A stretch of DNA of 64,000 bases, from positions 64,285,001 to 64,349,000 of the forward strand of contig NC_083421.1 of NCBI RefSeq assembly GCF_020745735.1. The letters are read 5' to 3'. The notes below the pieces were generated by a model. It was not told the DNA's origin. It did not search any database and saw nothing but the letters and a program-made list of their open reading frames with translations. The stretch comes from Hemiscyllium ocellatum. Its lineage: Eukaryota. Position numbers and translations under genes: made by a program. Of this stretch, positions 28,677-41,500 are shown one piece after another; position 1 is the first letter of the stretch, and each line of letters starts with the position of its first letter.

Positions 28677-30105
28677 GAATAAAAAGAACAAAGAACATTA
28701 CAACACAGGAACAAGTCGTTCAGCTCTCCAAGCCTGCGCCAATCCAGATCCTCTATCTAAATCTACTGTCTATTTTCTAAGTATCCCTCTGCTCCCTGCC
28801 CATTCACTATCTGTCTAGATATGTCTTAAATGATGGTATCACCTCCACTGGCAACGTGTTCCAGGCCCCCACAACCCTCTGCATAAAGAACTTTCCACGC
28901 ATATCTCCCCTAAACCTTTCTCCTCTTACTTTGAACTTGTGATCCCTTGTAATTGAGTTGCCCCACTCTGGGAGTATGTTTCTTGCTCAATGAGATTCCC
29001 CCCCCCCTCCACTGCCTTCTTTCTAATAAACATAATCCTAATCGACTCAACCTTTCCTCATTGCTAGCACCCTCCAAACCAGGCAACATCCTGGTGAGCC
29101 TCCTCTGCACCCTTTCCAAAGCATTCACATCCTTTTGGTAATGTTGCGACCAGAACTGTACGCAATATTCCAAATGTGGCTGAACCAAAGTCTTATACAA
29201 TTTTAACATGACTCAGTACTCCATCTGATGAAGGCAAGTATGCCATATGCCTTCTTGACCCCTCTATTGACTTGCGTTGCCAACTTCAGGGTACAATAGA
29301 CCTGAACACCCAGATCTCTCTGTACCTCAATTTTCCGCAGGACTTTTCCAATTACTGTATAGTTCGCTCTGGAATTGCATCTTCCAAAATGCATCTTTTC
29401 ACATTTTTCTGGATTGAACTTCATCTGCCATTTCTCTGCCCAACTCTCCAATCTATCTATATTCTGCTGTATTCTCTGACAGTCCCTTTCACTATCTACT
29501 ACTCCACCAATCTTAGTGTCATCTGCAAACTTGTTAATGAGGCAATCTACACCTTCCTCTAAATCATTTCTGTATATCACAAACAACAGTGGTCCCAACA
29601 CAGACCCCTGTGGAACACAACTGGTCACAGGTCTCCATTTTGCAAAGCTCCCTTCCCCTACTACTCTCTGTCCCCTGTCACCCAACCAGTTCTCTATCAT
29701 CTAGCCGGTACACCTTGGACCCCATGTGACTTCACCTTCTTCATCAGCCTACCATGGGGAACCTTATCAAACACCTTACTAAAGTCCATGTATATGACAT
29801 CTATATCCCTTCCCTCGTCAATCAACTTTGTCATCTCTTCAAAGAATTCTATCAGGTTTGTAAGACATGACCTTCCCTGCACAAAACTATGCTGTCTATC
29901 ACTGATAAGCCTGTTTTCTTTCAAATGGGTATATATCCTATCCCTTAGTAACTTCTCCAGTAGCTTCCCTACCACTGACGTTAGGCTCACAGGTCTATTA
30001 CCTGGATTATCCCTGCTACCCTTCTTATACAAGGGGACAACATTAGCAATTCTCCAGTCCTCTGGGACCTCCCCCATTTTCAAGGATGCTGCAAAGATAT
30101 CTGCA
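28677..30105 (-). mobile_element. CR1 LINE, 5'-truncated RT region
   Basis: GEVPEDWRIANVVPLYKKG, YMDFSKVFDKVPH, VPQGSVLGPLLF, KFADD, LVQPHLEYCVQFWS, with frameshifts. Confidence 0.95.
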
Positions 30106-30799
30106 GGAAAGACCATTACAAACCTAATAGAATTCTTTGGAGAGGTGACAAAGTTGATTGATGAGGAAGGGATGTGGATTACTCTGTAGCCCACATTGGT
30201 CACTTTGGGGCCCTGAAACACACATTGTTTCCTTTTTAGGCATAGGCCTGCCTTACAAAAATGCCTTAGGACTATATCCAGGTTCTCTACGTGTTCCTCA
30301 TTAGTTTTCCATGATCTAGGTAAATGATGACCTCAGGTAGACCTTGCGAAATGTTCTCCATCGTCTGCTGAAAAATTCCAAATGGCAATCTGGTACATTG
30401 GTACAAGACTTTATGGTTATTAATTGCCGCACACTTCTGGGAATCCTGGTCTAAATACTATCGCAAGTTAAGCTTGGCTCGTGCCCAGCTTCATAAAGAC
30501 CAAATTTGCATATAAATCCTTTATCTATGGGATCGGGTATTTATCCAGCTGTGGAAAGCAGTTTACCATTTGTTTAAAATCCCCACACATGTGGACTGAT
30601 CATCAGGCTTCAAAATCAGTACAACAATACTCATTCCACAAGTTGAACTGGTTTGATTATTCCTTCACTTTCCAGCTTTCTGATTTCTGTTTCTACCAGA
30701 CTGGCAGATGGAGGGGTGTTTGATAAAATAGAGACACACCATGCTGCAGCAAAGGAGGCAAGTTGGAATGACTTCAGCTGTGTAGAGTGTCAAGAGAGT

Positions 30800-33150
30800 A
30801 AGGCAAGGCTGATCTTTATTTTAATGCTAGGAGTGTACTAAGTAAGACTGATGAGTTAAAGGCATGGATTGACGTATGGAAGTATGATATTGTTGCCATC
30901 GCATGAAACATGATTGAGGGAAGGGCTGCATTGACAACTCAACATCCTGGGGTATAGGAACTTCAGGCAAGACAGAGGAAAACATAAAAAGGATGCTGGT
31001 GTATCACTATTAATTAAGGAGACTGTTATTGCAATAAGGAGAGATGATATCTTTGAAATGAGGCTTTGTGGGTAGAACTTAGGAATGTTAGGGGGCAGGA
31101 ACTTTACTGAGAGTGTATTGTAGCCCCCAACAAATCAGCAGGAAATAGAGGGGCAAATATATAGTCGGTTCATAGGGGTATGCAAGAGTAATAAACAGGT
31201 ATTTATTAAAGGGATTTCATCTATCCCAACAGAAATTTGCTGAGTCATAATGTTAAGGATTTAGAGGGGGCACATTTCTTGAAATATATCCAGGAAAGGT
31301 TTTTTGTATAGAATACGTAGAAGGCCCAACAAAGGATGGTGCAGTACCAGATCTGATTCTGGGGAAAGAAGCCAGACAAGTCTTCAATGTGGCAGTGCAG
31401 GAATGTTTTGAGCAATAGTGACCACAACAGTTTTGTGTGTGTGGCGGGTGGGGGTGGGGGGTGGTGGTGTAATATTCAAAAAGGAGCTGTGGAGAGTATG
31501 GGTCCCACATGGAGAGTACAGGTGGCACGGTGGCTCAGTGGGGGTGGCAAGTGGCTAGCACTGCTGCCTCACAGCACCAGGGACCCAGGTTCAATTCTAG
31601 CCTTAGGTGACTGTCTGAGTGGTTTCCTTCAGGTGCTCCAGTTTCCTCCAACAATCCAAAGATGTGCAGGCCAGGTGAATTGGCCATGCTAAATTGCCCA
31701 TAGTGTTCAGGCATGTGTAGGTTAGGTGCATTCGTCAGGGGTAAATGTAGAGTAATAGGGGTTGGGAATGGAGCTGGGTGGGATATTCTTTGGAGGGTCG
31801 GTGTAGTTGTGGGGCCGAATGGCCTGTTTCTACACTGTAGGATTCTATGTACCCTGTAGGGAAATATCGGTGCAAAAGATTCAGGGACACCTGGATGTCT
31901 AGGACAATTCAGGGCTAGGAGAGGAAGAACAGAAAGGCCTTTAGCAAGTCCAAATGGAGCAATTCTTTTGCGGCCCTAGAGGATTATGGAAAGTGCAAAA
32001 GGGAACTTAAGAAAGCAATTAGAAGAGCAAAAAGGAGAACTTGGGAACAAGATTAGGAAGAATTCTAAGGTATTTTATAAATACATTACAGGGAAGAGGT
32101 TAACTAGAAAAAGAGTAGGGACCAAGGGCAACCTGTGTGTGGAGCTGCAAGATATTTGAAGAGTGTTAAATGAATATTTCTCTTTGCTCTTCACTCTGGA
32201 AAAGGAGAATGTAGGTACAGAATTCAGGAAAAGGGACTGTGAGGAACTTGCACAGAATGACATAGAAATAAGGAAGTTGTTGAGTCTCCATCGATCTTAA
32301 AAACAGACAAATCATCTGGCCCAGATGAATTGCAACACAGGTTCCTGTGGGTGGCGAGGCAGGAAATTACAGGGACTTTGACGTGAATTTTTAATTCCTC
32401 TCTGTCCCCCAGGGAAGTGTCAGAGGAGTGGAGGACATCTAATGTGGTTCCACTTTTCAAGAAGGATGGTAGAAATGAACTAGGAAATAAGTGTCATGTC
32501 AGTGGTAGGGAAACAATTAGAGAAAATTGTGAAAGAGAGAATTCATATCCATTTTGGAAAGTCATGGGTTAATTCAGGTTAGTCAGCATGGCTTTGTCAA
32601 AGGGAGTCAAGAGTGTGGTGCTGAAGAAGCACAGCAAGATAGGTAGCATCCAAGGAGTAGGAGAATCGACGTTTTGGGCAAAAGCCCTTCATCAGGAATG
32701 ATGCTGTGAGGTGAGGGGATGGAGAGATAAATGGGAAGGGGGTGGGGGCTGGTGGGAAATGTAGCTGAGAGTGCAATAGGTGGATGGAGGTGGGGGTAAT
32801 GGTGATAAGTTGGAGGGGAGAATGGAGCAGATAGGTGGGAAGGAAGATGGACAGTAGGACAGATCATGAGGAGTTGGAAGGTTGAAACTGGGATAAGGTG
32901 GGGTGAGGGAAATGAGAAATAACATTTTCATTTAAAGCATAGTGGGAATGTGGAATGCAATACGCTGTCTGGCAAGGTAGTGAAGGCTGGAGGCTTATAA
33001 CTTGAAAAAGATTTTGGATGAGCATTTGAAATATCACAACATTCAGGAATATGGGACAACTACAGGAAAATTAGATCAGCACACCTTCTGTGGCAGTTAT
33101 ATTGTTGCAGACTGGATGGGCCAAATGACCTATTAGGCACTGTATGATTC
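30800..33150 (+). mobile_element. Old, degenerate CR1 LINE (APE to 3' tail) with nested SINE and PLE fragment
   Basis: Nucleotide similarity to the CR1 at 49080-50700, many stops and deletions. PLE end at about 32607-32925. Confidence 0.8.
31521..31848 (+). mobile_element. tRNA-derived V-SINE (HE1-like)
   Basis: GGTGGCACGGTGGCTCAGTGG head and the tail shared with the other copies. Confidence 0.85.
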
Positions 33151-33162
33151 TATGACGTTTGC

Positions 33163-33293
33163 CTAGGAGTTAGTGAGGACTGCAGATGCTGGAGATTAGC
33201 CTCAAAGAGTGTGGTGCTGGAAAAGCACAGCTGATCAAGCCGCATCCAAGCAGCAGAAGAATCAATGTTTCGGGCTTTAGCCCTTCATCAGGA
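33163..33293 (-). mobile_element. Hammerhead-bearing mini-insertion (family A)
   Basis: Minus strand CTGATGA-A-GGGC-TAAA-GCCC-GAAAC-ATT. Flanks ATGACGTTTGC (33152-33162) and ATGACTTTTGC (33294-33304). Confidence 0.75.
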
Positions 33294-33294
33294 A

Positions 33295-34320
33295 TGACTT
33301 TTGCTCATAAGGCAAATAGCACTGCTTTGGACTTACAGAATCATGGAATTGCTTCCTGGTCAACATGCAAGGTGGCCTTAGTTCCTCTAATAGACCCGAG
33401 ACCTTCTTGGAAGACTTCTGGGTATTTAGTTAGGACTTCACTCAGGCAGCCATTTTTTAATTGAAAAATGTTGAGCCAATTAGGTGAATCTCTCACAATC
33501 AATTTCGCTCCGTCAAACTTGGGCCCGAGCTTTTTACTACAATCACTGGTAACTGAAGCAGCTGCTTTTCATAAGCAAAGGTTCCCTGATATAGGTTCTC
33601 AGCCAAACTGAGGTGTTGTGTAAAGTTAAGGGCTAGAGTCCAGAGGGAATTTTATTAAAAATGAGTTCTGCAATCACCGATCCGGCCTCCCGGGTATTGA
33701 CTTCTATTAGAAGTGGATGATCATTTAACCAGACATTTATCTTGATTGGTTCTGATTTGGATATTCCTGAGCAATTTAACAGTTCCATATCAACTGTAGG
33801 TAGACTTTCCAGCATATGAACTCTCCTGAATACATTCCGGAGCATTCATACAGGCCTATGAATGACCTTACTCAATTCAGGTCTGGTAGGACTCTTGCTG
33901 ACTTGAGTCTGCGTACCAACAACTATTATGGGTTGCTGGCCAGGATCCTGAAGAAAGTTTTAACTGTTTGGCCAAGGCTTGGCTTTGTTTTGGGATTTTG
34001 CTGTGGGCTGACCATAGTCACTCTGATCAGGAAATGTGCTGAGTAAGGCTTTGCAATTACCTGCACCCACATGATGTTTCCCAGTTGGACTGGTGAAGGC
34101 GAGAGTGTGGTGCTGGAAAAGCACAGCAGGTCCGGCAGCATCCAAGAAGCAGGAGAATCAATGTTTTGGGCATAAGCCCTTCATCAGGAATGAGGCTTGT
34201 GGGCTGGGGGGGGGGGGGGGGGGGGTGGCGCTGAGTGAAGGTGACCATTTCCATTGGAATACCTTGCTCCAATGGCCATATTTGCTAATAAAAAAGCCAG
34301 TCGTTGCACCCGTGTGAAGT
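33295..34320 (-). mobile_element. Gypsy-type LTR retrotransposon internal remnant (gag-protease region), interrupted by a family A insertion at about 34100-34235
   Basis: EPIKINVWLNDHPLLIEVNTREAGSVI resembles a degenerate aspartic protease DTGA region. Confidence 0.6.
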
Positions 34321-34429
34321 TAAGCTGAGTTTCAACTTGCAGTTACATCATTATTGTTGATTGATGAATGTACCAAGATACAGTGAGGAGCATTGGGAGA
34401 GAAATAACATCCACAGCCTCTTTGAGTTT

Positions 34430-35230
34430 GGGGGCAAAATGACCGTCATGCTAGAGGGACATTGCTGGTGGGTTTGAATTCACCCTCAGTCTCTCTGGGG
34501 GCATTGGGATGGGATGAATTGACCCTCATGATGTCTCTAGGGATATTGGGGTGGGGTTTAAATGACCTTCATGGTCTCTCTGGGAGGACATTGGGGTGGG
34601 GGTGAATTGACCTTCATGGTCTCTCTGGGGGGATATTGGGCTGGGGCTTAATTGATTCTCATGGTGTCTCTAGGGGGATACTGGAGTGGGGCTTAATTGA
34701 CATTCCTGGTCTCTCTGGGGGACATTGGGGTGGGGGTGAATTGACCCTCATGGTCTCTCTGGGGGACATTGGGGTTGGGGTGAATTGACCCTCATGAACT
34801 CTCTGGGGGATATTGGGGTGGAGGTGAATCGACCCTCATGGTCTCTCTGGGAGACATTGGGGTGGGGGTGAATTGACCCTCATGGTCTCTCTCTGGGAGA
34901 CATTGGGGTGGGGGTGAATTGACCCTCATGGTCTCTCTCTGGGAGACATTGGGGTGGGGGTGAATTGACCCTCATGGTCTCTCTCTGGGAGACATTGGGG
35001 TGGGGGTGAATTGACCTCATGGTCTCTCTGGGGGACATTGGGGTGGGGGTGAATTGACCTCATGGTCTCTCTCTGGGGGACATTGGGGTGGGGGTGAATT
35101 GACCCTCATGGTCTCTCTCTGGGAGACATTGGGGTGGGGGTGAATTGACCTCATGGTCTCTCTGGGGGACATTGGGGTGGGGGTGAATTGACCTCATGGT
35201 CTCTCTGGGGGAGGAGTCATTGGGGGTGAA
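34430..35230. repeat. G-rich minisatellite of about 43-46 bp (GACATTGGGGTGGGGGTGAATTGACCCTCATGGTCTCTCTGGGG) upstream of STKLD1
   Basis: Direct tandem repeats that become more homogeneous toward the promoter. Confidence 0.95.
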
Positions 35231-35506
35231 ATGTGACGAAACGTGACGACACGTGACTCCTGAAGCTCCCTCGCTGCGCACGCGCAGTAAGAGCGGCATT
35301 TTTCGTACAAATTCGAAAGGAACAATGAACCTTGACAATAACATTGTAAATATGGAACGGAAATGTATGAAGTGCTGTGTTATATCGGAGATGGTGACTC
35401 CAGCGGCCTGTGCTATTGGGCCTCCCTTGGCCCCATGGTGCAGTGCGCGGGCTGGGTTGCCCTGGTAACGGGCGGGAAGGCGGGAAGGCCGTCGTCTGTC
35501 GGCGCC
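35230..35506 (+). promoter_or_regulatory. STKLD1 CpG-rich promoter/5'UTR with TGACG half-sites, E-box, NRF1-like motif and RFX X-box
   Basis: CACGTGAC at about 35250, TGCGCACGCGCA at about 35275-35286, GTTGCCCTGGTAAC at 35456-35469. Confidence 0.65.
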
Positions 35507-35521
35507 ATGGACAACTATCAG
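35507..35521 (+). CDS. STKLD1: STKLD1 coding exon 1 (MDNYQ)
   Basis: Strong Kozak GCGCCATGG, donor CAG|GTAAAT. An upstream in-frame start is possible. Confidence 0.8.
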
Positions 35522-38500
35522 GTAAATCCCCCCCTCTCCTCCTGCAGGAGCTTGAGGCCCGCTGTGGTCCATCTCCGCCCCTTACAACGACCTTCTCATT
35601 AACAGTACATTTTTCAGCAAGAATTCCGAGTTTTAGTTATTGTGCAGCAACTCTCTCTGCTCCATTCCCATCCAGATTCAGAAAACAGAGCCCAGAGGCA
35701 GCCATGGGTTCGTGCACATCGTGAAGCGTATTAGAGATGGGACGACATTTGCCATGAAAGTGGTAAGACTGGTCTCCACAGTGACACCGGTATCCATGGT
35801 GATATGACACACACATCCACAGTGTGACCCAACAAGTGACATGGTGACATAATGTGTGTATCCATGGTGACATAACGTGTGTATCCATGGCGATGTGACT
35901 CGTATCCATGGTGACATAACGTGTGTATCCATGGTGACATAATGTGTGTATCTATGGTGACATAACGTGTGTATCCATGGCGATGTGACTCGTATCCATG
36001 GTGACATAACGTGTGTATCCAAGGTGACATAATGTATGTATCCATGGTGATGTGACTCGTATCCATGGTGACATAACGTGTGTATCCATGGTGAAATGAC
36101 ATATGTAACACCAGTGACATGATACAGGCTTTGACAGTGACTTTACATAGATATTCATGATGACAGGACAATATTCATGTTGATATGAAACTGCTATCCA
36201 CAGTGACATGACATATAATGAGTTTCCATAGTTACGTATGATATTGACAGGACTTTAGAAGTAGGAGCATGAGCAAATCTTCCAGCTCTGAACCTGTTCT
36301 GCTAACCAAAAGAATCATGACTGAATTTTTATTTCATCTGCATTTTTACACACTAACTTCAAACACCTCAATTCCCATCTGTCCAAAAACCTATTGATCT
36401 CTATCTTGAATATCCTCAACAAAGTTGAAAGGGTTCAGAAAGGATTTACAAGGATGTTGCCAGGGTTGGAAGATTTGAGCTATAGGGAGAGGCTGAACAG
36501 GCTGGGGCTGTTTTCCCCGGAACGTCAGAGGCTGAGGGGTGACCTTCTAGAGATTTACAGAATTATGAGGGGTATGGATTGGATAGGGAGACAAAGTCTT
36601 TTCCCTGGGATCGGGGAGTCCAGAACTAGAGGGCATAGGTTTAGGGTGAGAGGGGAAAGATATATCAGAGACCTATGGGGCAACCTTTTCACACAGAGGG
36701 TGGTACTTTAATGGAATGAGCTGCCAGAGGATATGGTGGAGGCTGGTAAAATTGCAACATTTAAGAGGCATTTGGATGGATAAATGAATAGGAAGTTTTG
36801 GAGGGTGCTGGCAGGTGGGACTAGATTGGGTTGGGATATCTGGTCGCCATGGACGGGTTGGACCGAAGAGTCTGTTTCCATGCTGTACATCTCTATGACT
36901 GTATAACCAGACGTCCACAGCTCTCTGGTGTAAAGAACACTCCCAAATGAAGTAATTTTTCATCACATCAGCTCTAATTGCCAACCCCTCAATTCGTTAA
37001 CTGAAAATGTGTTTACTTGAAGAATGTGCTGGAAATCCAGAACTCCAGGCAAATGTCCTCCGAACCTCAATTCAAATTTCAACGTGGTTGATGGTGAAAT
37101 ATTATTCAGTAAAAATCTGGACTTTAAAACTTTTCAATTGTCATTTAAAAAAAAATAATGTATCTGGTTTACTAATGTCCTTTTAGAGAAGGAATGCTCC
37201 CATCCTTTTCCTGTCTGACCAACATGTGACTCCAGATCTGCAGGAACTAGTTGACTCCCAATTGCCTTCTGAAATCGCTTAGGGTGCCACTCTGTTCAAG
37301 GGCACCCAATAGATGGACATAGTTTGATCCTGCTTTTCAACTGGAGTTGCCCCTCATTCAGTTTTAATGTTAATAAGGCCATTCAAGAACAGATGTAGGA
37401 ATCAGTTAATAAAGAACAAGATGAATGAATCAGGGATGAGCAAACAGATATTTCAGTCAGTTTAAATGAAGAGAGTAGAAACAGACTTATGAAGAGTGTA
37501 GTCCCGACGTGGATAATAGTTAGACCTGAGCAAGAGTACTGTACAGTTCTGGTCATTGCATCACAGAAAGAATGTGGTGACGCTGGAAATGACAGGAGAT
37601 TTACGACAATGTTATTTGGAATGGAGAATTTTAGTGTTAATGAAAGGCTGGATATGCTGTGTTGTTTTCTTTAAGACAGAGAAGGCTGAAATTGGATTTC
37701 TGTGAAATGAATAAAATTATCAGGAGTGAGATAGGTCCTTCCTATCCACTCTATTTTTATTAGCTGTGAGATCAATAAGTAAGGAGACAGATTTAAAATA
37801 ACTAGTAGAAGGATTAGAGGAGAGTTTAAAATGACTTTCACCCAGAGCAAGTGGTACTGAGCAAGGGAGTTGAACAGTTTGCCAGGACTTCTGCTAGCAA
37901 GTGATGATGGTGCAGGAGGGCAGGTGGAGCAGTGAACACTCCCTTCTTATGGATTAAAAAACAAGGTGTGTTAAAAACACAGAAGGAGAGCTGGAGAGGG
38001 AGAGGGAGCACAGAGACCAAAGATTCCAACCCATTGTTTTAAATTTGAAAGAGTAGAGCTCACCTTATATCTCCATCAATTATTCTTGTAAATCTGAGAC
38101 AAAGACGAAATCCCTGCTGATCTCATAGTTACGAACGCTACTACAGTCTTCAAGGGAGGATACAAAGTGGTCTGTTGGAACTACTAAGAAATTTCCCTAC
38201 TCTTCATCGCCAGAAAGACAATTGCGCAAGTCCTCCCTAGCCATCTCCTCCCTGTCTCTGAAGAAATCCTTTCGGAAAGCTAGTATGGCTTCCAACCAAA
38301 AATGGAACTATGAACATGACTTCCACTGTTCAGCAACTCCAAGAGAAATGCCAAGAACAACACCAACCACTTTACATTGAGTTAAAAGCCTTGATCAAAT
38401 CAGTCACTCAGGAAGTGCTATGGAAGATCCTGTCAAAGCCTGGCTGTCCAGAGAAATTTATTAACATCCTTTGTCTCCTCCATGATGAGATGTCAGCAAC

Positions 38501-41500
38501 GGTCCTTATTGATGGTAATGACAGAAAGCTTTGAGGTCAAGACAGGATTCAAGCAGGAATGTGATGTTGCGATCATCCTTCTCTTCATCTTGTCAAGAAA
38601 AGGTTTTCCAATGGTGTGGACACTGTCTGCAGGATGGCCAGAAAATGTCTCAACCTCAGCTGATTGAAATCCAAAAAGTAAACAACACTGACGTCAGTTG
38701 TGGAACTTCAGTATGTGGATGACATTTCCGCACGATGGGAAAACAATCTTCAAACCTCACAACACTTTTGTGGAAGATACTGAAGAACCAGTCTCAGGAC
38801 TTGAATCCTTTACAAACTTGTCTCAGGACAAGTTCAGGTCTATTCTTTCATTAAAAATCAATGGAGAAATCCTTCCAATTGTGGAACATTTCCCCTACTT
38901 GGGGGGAACCATCTCTCATCTAAAGCTGATATTGATGCGGACATTCAACATTGCCTCCAGTCTGTGAATGTTGTTTTGGATGCCTGTGGCTGAGAATCTT
39001 CAACAACTGCAACATCACTACTGACACTAAAGTCCCTGTATATAACATAGTTGTCCTTCCAACTCTTCTAAATGGCTCAAAAAAATAGACACCATCTCGA
39101 TGCCTTTGGAGAAGTACTATCAACACTATTTGAGATGGATTCTCCATATCAGCTGGAAAGCCAGTATCTTTGAAGAATCCAGTAGCACTAGCATCAATAC
39201 TGTAATCAGAAACCTACTTTGCTGGTTCCAGTCACATTTTTAGGATGTCTAAACTCTGATTGCTATAGCAAAGTTTCTTTGCCCAGTTCAAGAAGGCACT
39301 CAAACAGATGAGGATAAAAGAAACTTACCTCAAGTAATCCAACAAAGACATGAATACCTGGAAGATACCCGCTCAGAAGAAACTTGCTTGGAGGGTTTTC
39401 CTGTCTGAAGGGACACAATTCTTCAAGAATACAATTGGCAAGATGGGGTACAGAAAGGAGCCTGGAAAGGGATGCTAACAATCTTGGGTCCAAGGACCAA
39501 TCCTACTTCCTGACACATGTGCAAGAATTCAATTGGAGATATGGCTCTAGGATTGGGCTCATTAGCCTTGCGAGCACAATTTGAACCCATAAACAGTGAA
39601 GTGGATGTTCCTAGGTGGACAAGCATACTCATAATCTTAGTGAGTGGTTTGCCAACAGCATCTTAACTCTCAGGCTTTTTTTCCATGTACATACTCTCGG
39701 TAGTTTCTTCTTGATCCCTAATTTTCCTTCCTGTTTGTAATATATTGATACAAAAGGAATAAATAATGTGTGCCTCCTGAACTTTGGGGCTTTTCAAATC
39801 TTAATGTTACATTTCTGGCACAGTCGGCAGGATTCTACAGCGCAGGATCAGTTCATGGCGATTGAGATTGAAAAGTGTCTGGCCAAGCTGGAGCGGACGG
39901 TGGAGTTGTTGAAACCGACACTTTCCATGAGGGAGGCCAAAGCTGCTCAGTAATTACTGGAGGCTCGGAAATTAGTGAAGGAAATCGGGACTTTATGCTA
40001 AGCCCAGGCAGAGGATTCCATGTATGTTCCCTTGGCACTATGGTTATGGAGGAAGGGAGTGGATTGGATATTCTACTTGTTGGAAAGTAGGAAGCTAGAC
40101 AGATTTGGGGAAAGACAGGAAACAACCAATTATTCTGTGATTGAAAACTGGATGAGGAGTCACAGCCAATTTGGCATTTAAGGCCTCAGTGTGAGTAAGC
40201 AGGAGGCATTTGTTATGGAATATCTGAGTGGAAAAGCGCATTAGGAAATTCTGGAAAAAGATACAGTAATTTAACTGGTTAAGATCTACGTTTAATGCAA
40301 GACCTCTATTTTCCCAGAACCTACTGACAATATTTTGAGGAAGAAAATCTTAAACTCACAATATAGTTGCCTTACTAAAGGATCTTGTGGTATAATGGTT
40401 GGTTCGCCCTATTTCTGGGCCAGAAGGTCTGCGTTCAAGTCAAACTTGCCATGGATGTGTGTCATAACAAGTCTGAATAGATTTGATTAAAATAACTGTA
40501 ATTGTCTACCTGCTCATCAAATTAAAACATTGAACATTCAGCAGCCTCTAGAGGTTTCTTCCCATTCTGCAGTTCACTCACATACCATACCTTAGTCAGA
40601 CTAATCACACACTGTGCACCCAAATGCTCTCTTCGCTCTTTTAAGACATTGGTTAAAACCTGTCCACTTAAGCAAGCATTTGATCGGCATCCTGATATTT
40701 CCTTTTGCGAGCTTGGTGTCAGATTTTGTTTGATTGCGTCAGTGAGGTGCCTTTGGGTTATTGCTACATTAAGAGAACAACTTAAACATGTTGTTGATGC
40801 TGCTCTTTATGTTGGGATTCCCCCTCCCGGATGAGTCTGACTTTCCACTGTTTGTGTGAAATGTAAAGCCAACATAGGAGAGCATTGGTTAGTAAGTTTC
40901 AGATGACACCAAGATAGGTTGTGTAATGAATAGTAAAGAGTTTTTCTCAGAGTACGTGGGACCTTGATCAGATGAGCTGGTGGGCTGATGAGTGGCAGCT
41001 GAGGTCACTCACCTCCTTCTGGAATATGCCTATGCAAAGGAATTCTGGAGAGGAATGTAGTGGTGTTTGTCGAGGTTCATCCTGAGCAGCTCTGTGACGC
41101 GGGACTCCGTGCTCTACGGTCTGTTCCCCGGGACGCACACTGAGACAAACATGAACTGTGCCTGGAGTATCATCAACTCGGTCAAAGATGCTCTTTGGTC
41201 TGTCCAAAACCTGTTGATCTTCCATCTGAAGGAGTTGACCCCGACTGAGTGTTGCAGAGTGGCACACTCCAAGGTCCAGGAATATGTGTTGAGGGACATG
41301 CTGAAGTTTGGGGCAGCTTTCGCCAAGGCGCGGTGGGAAAGACCACTGTGTAAGGTCTGCCTGCCTAAGAAGAACAGGAGACCCACTCAGTAATTAGGCC
41401 CCGCTGACGCCTCAGTTAAATATCTGGATGGTCAATGTACAGACTTGTAGATACGAATGATTAATTCTGATCTCTGTATGTAAAGAAATGCAATGTGTGC

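Noticed and set aside
35637-36209. His/Thr-rich repetitive minus-strand ORFs
   Set aside because: They are artefacts of the 21/23-bp minisatellite.
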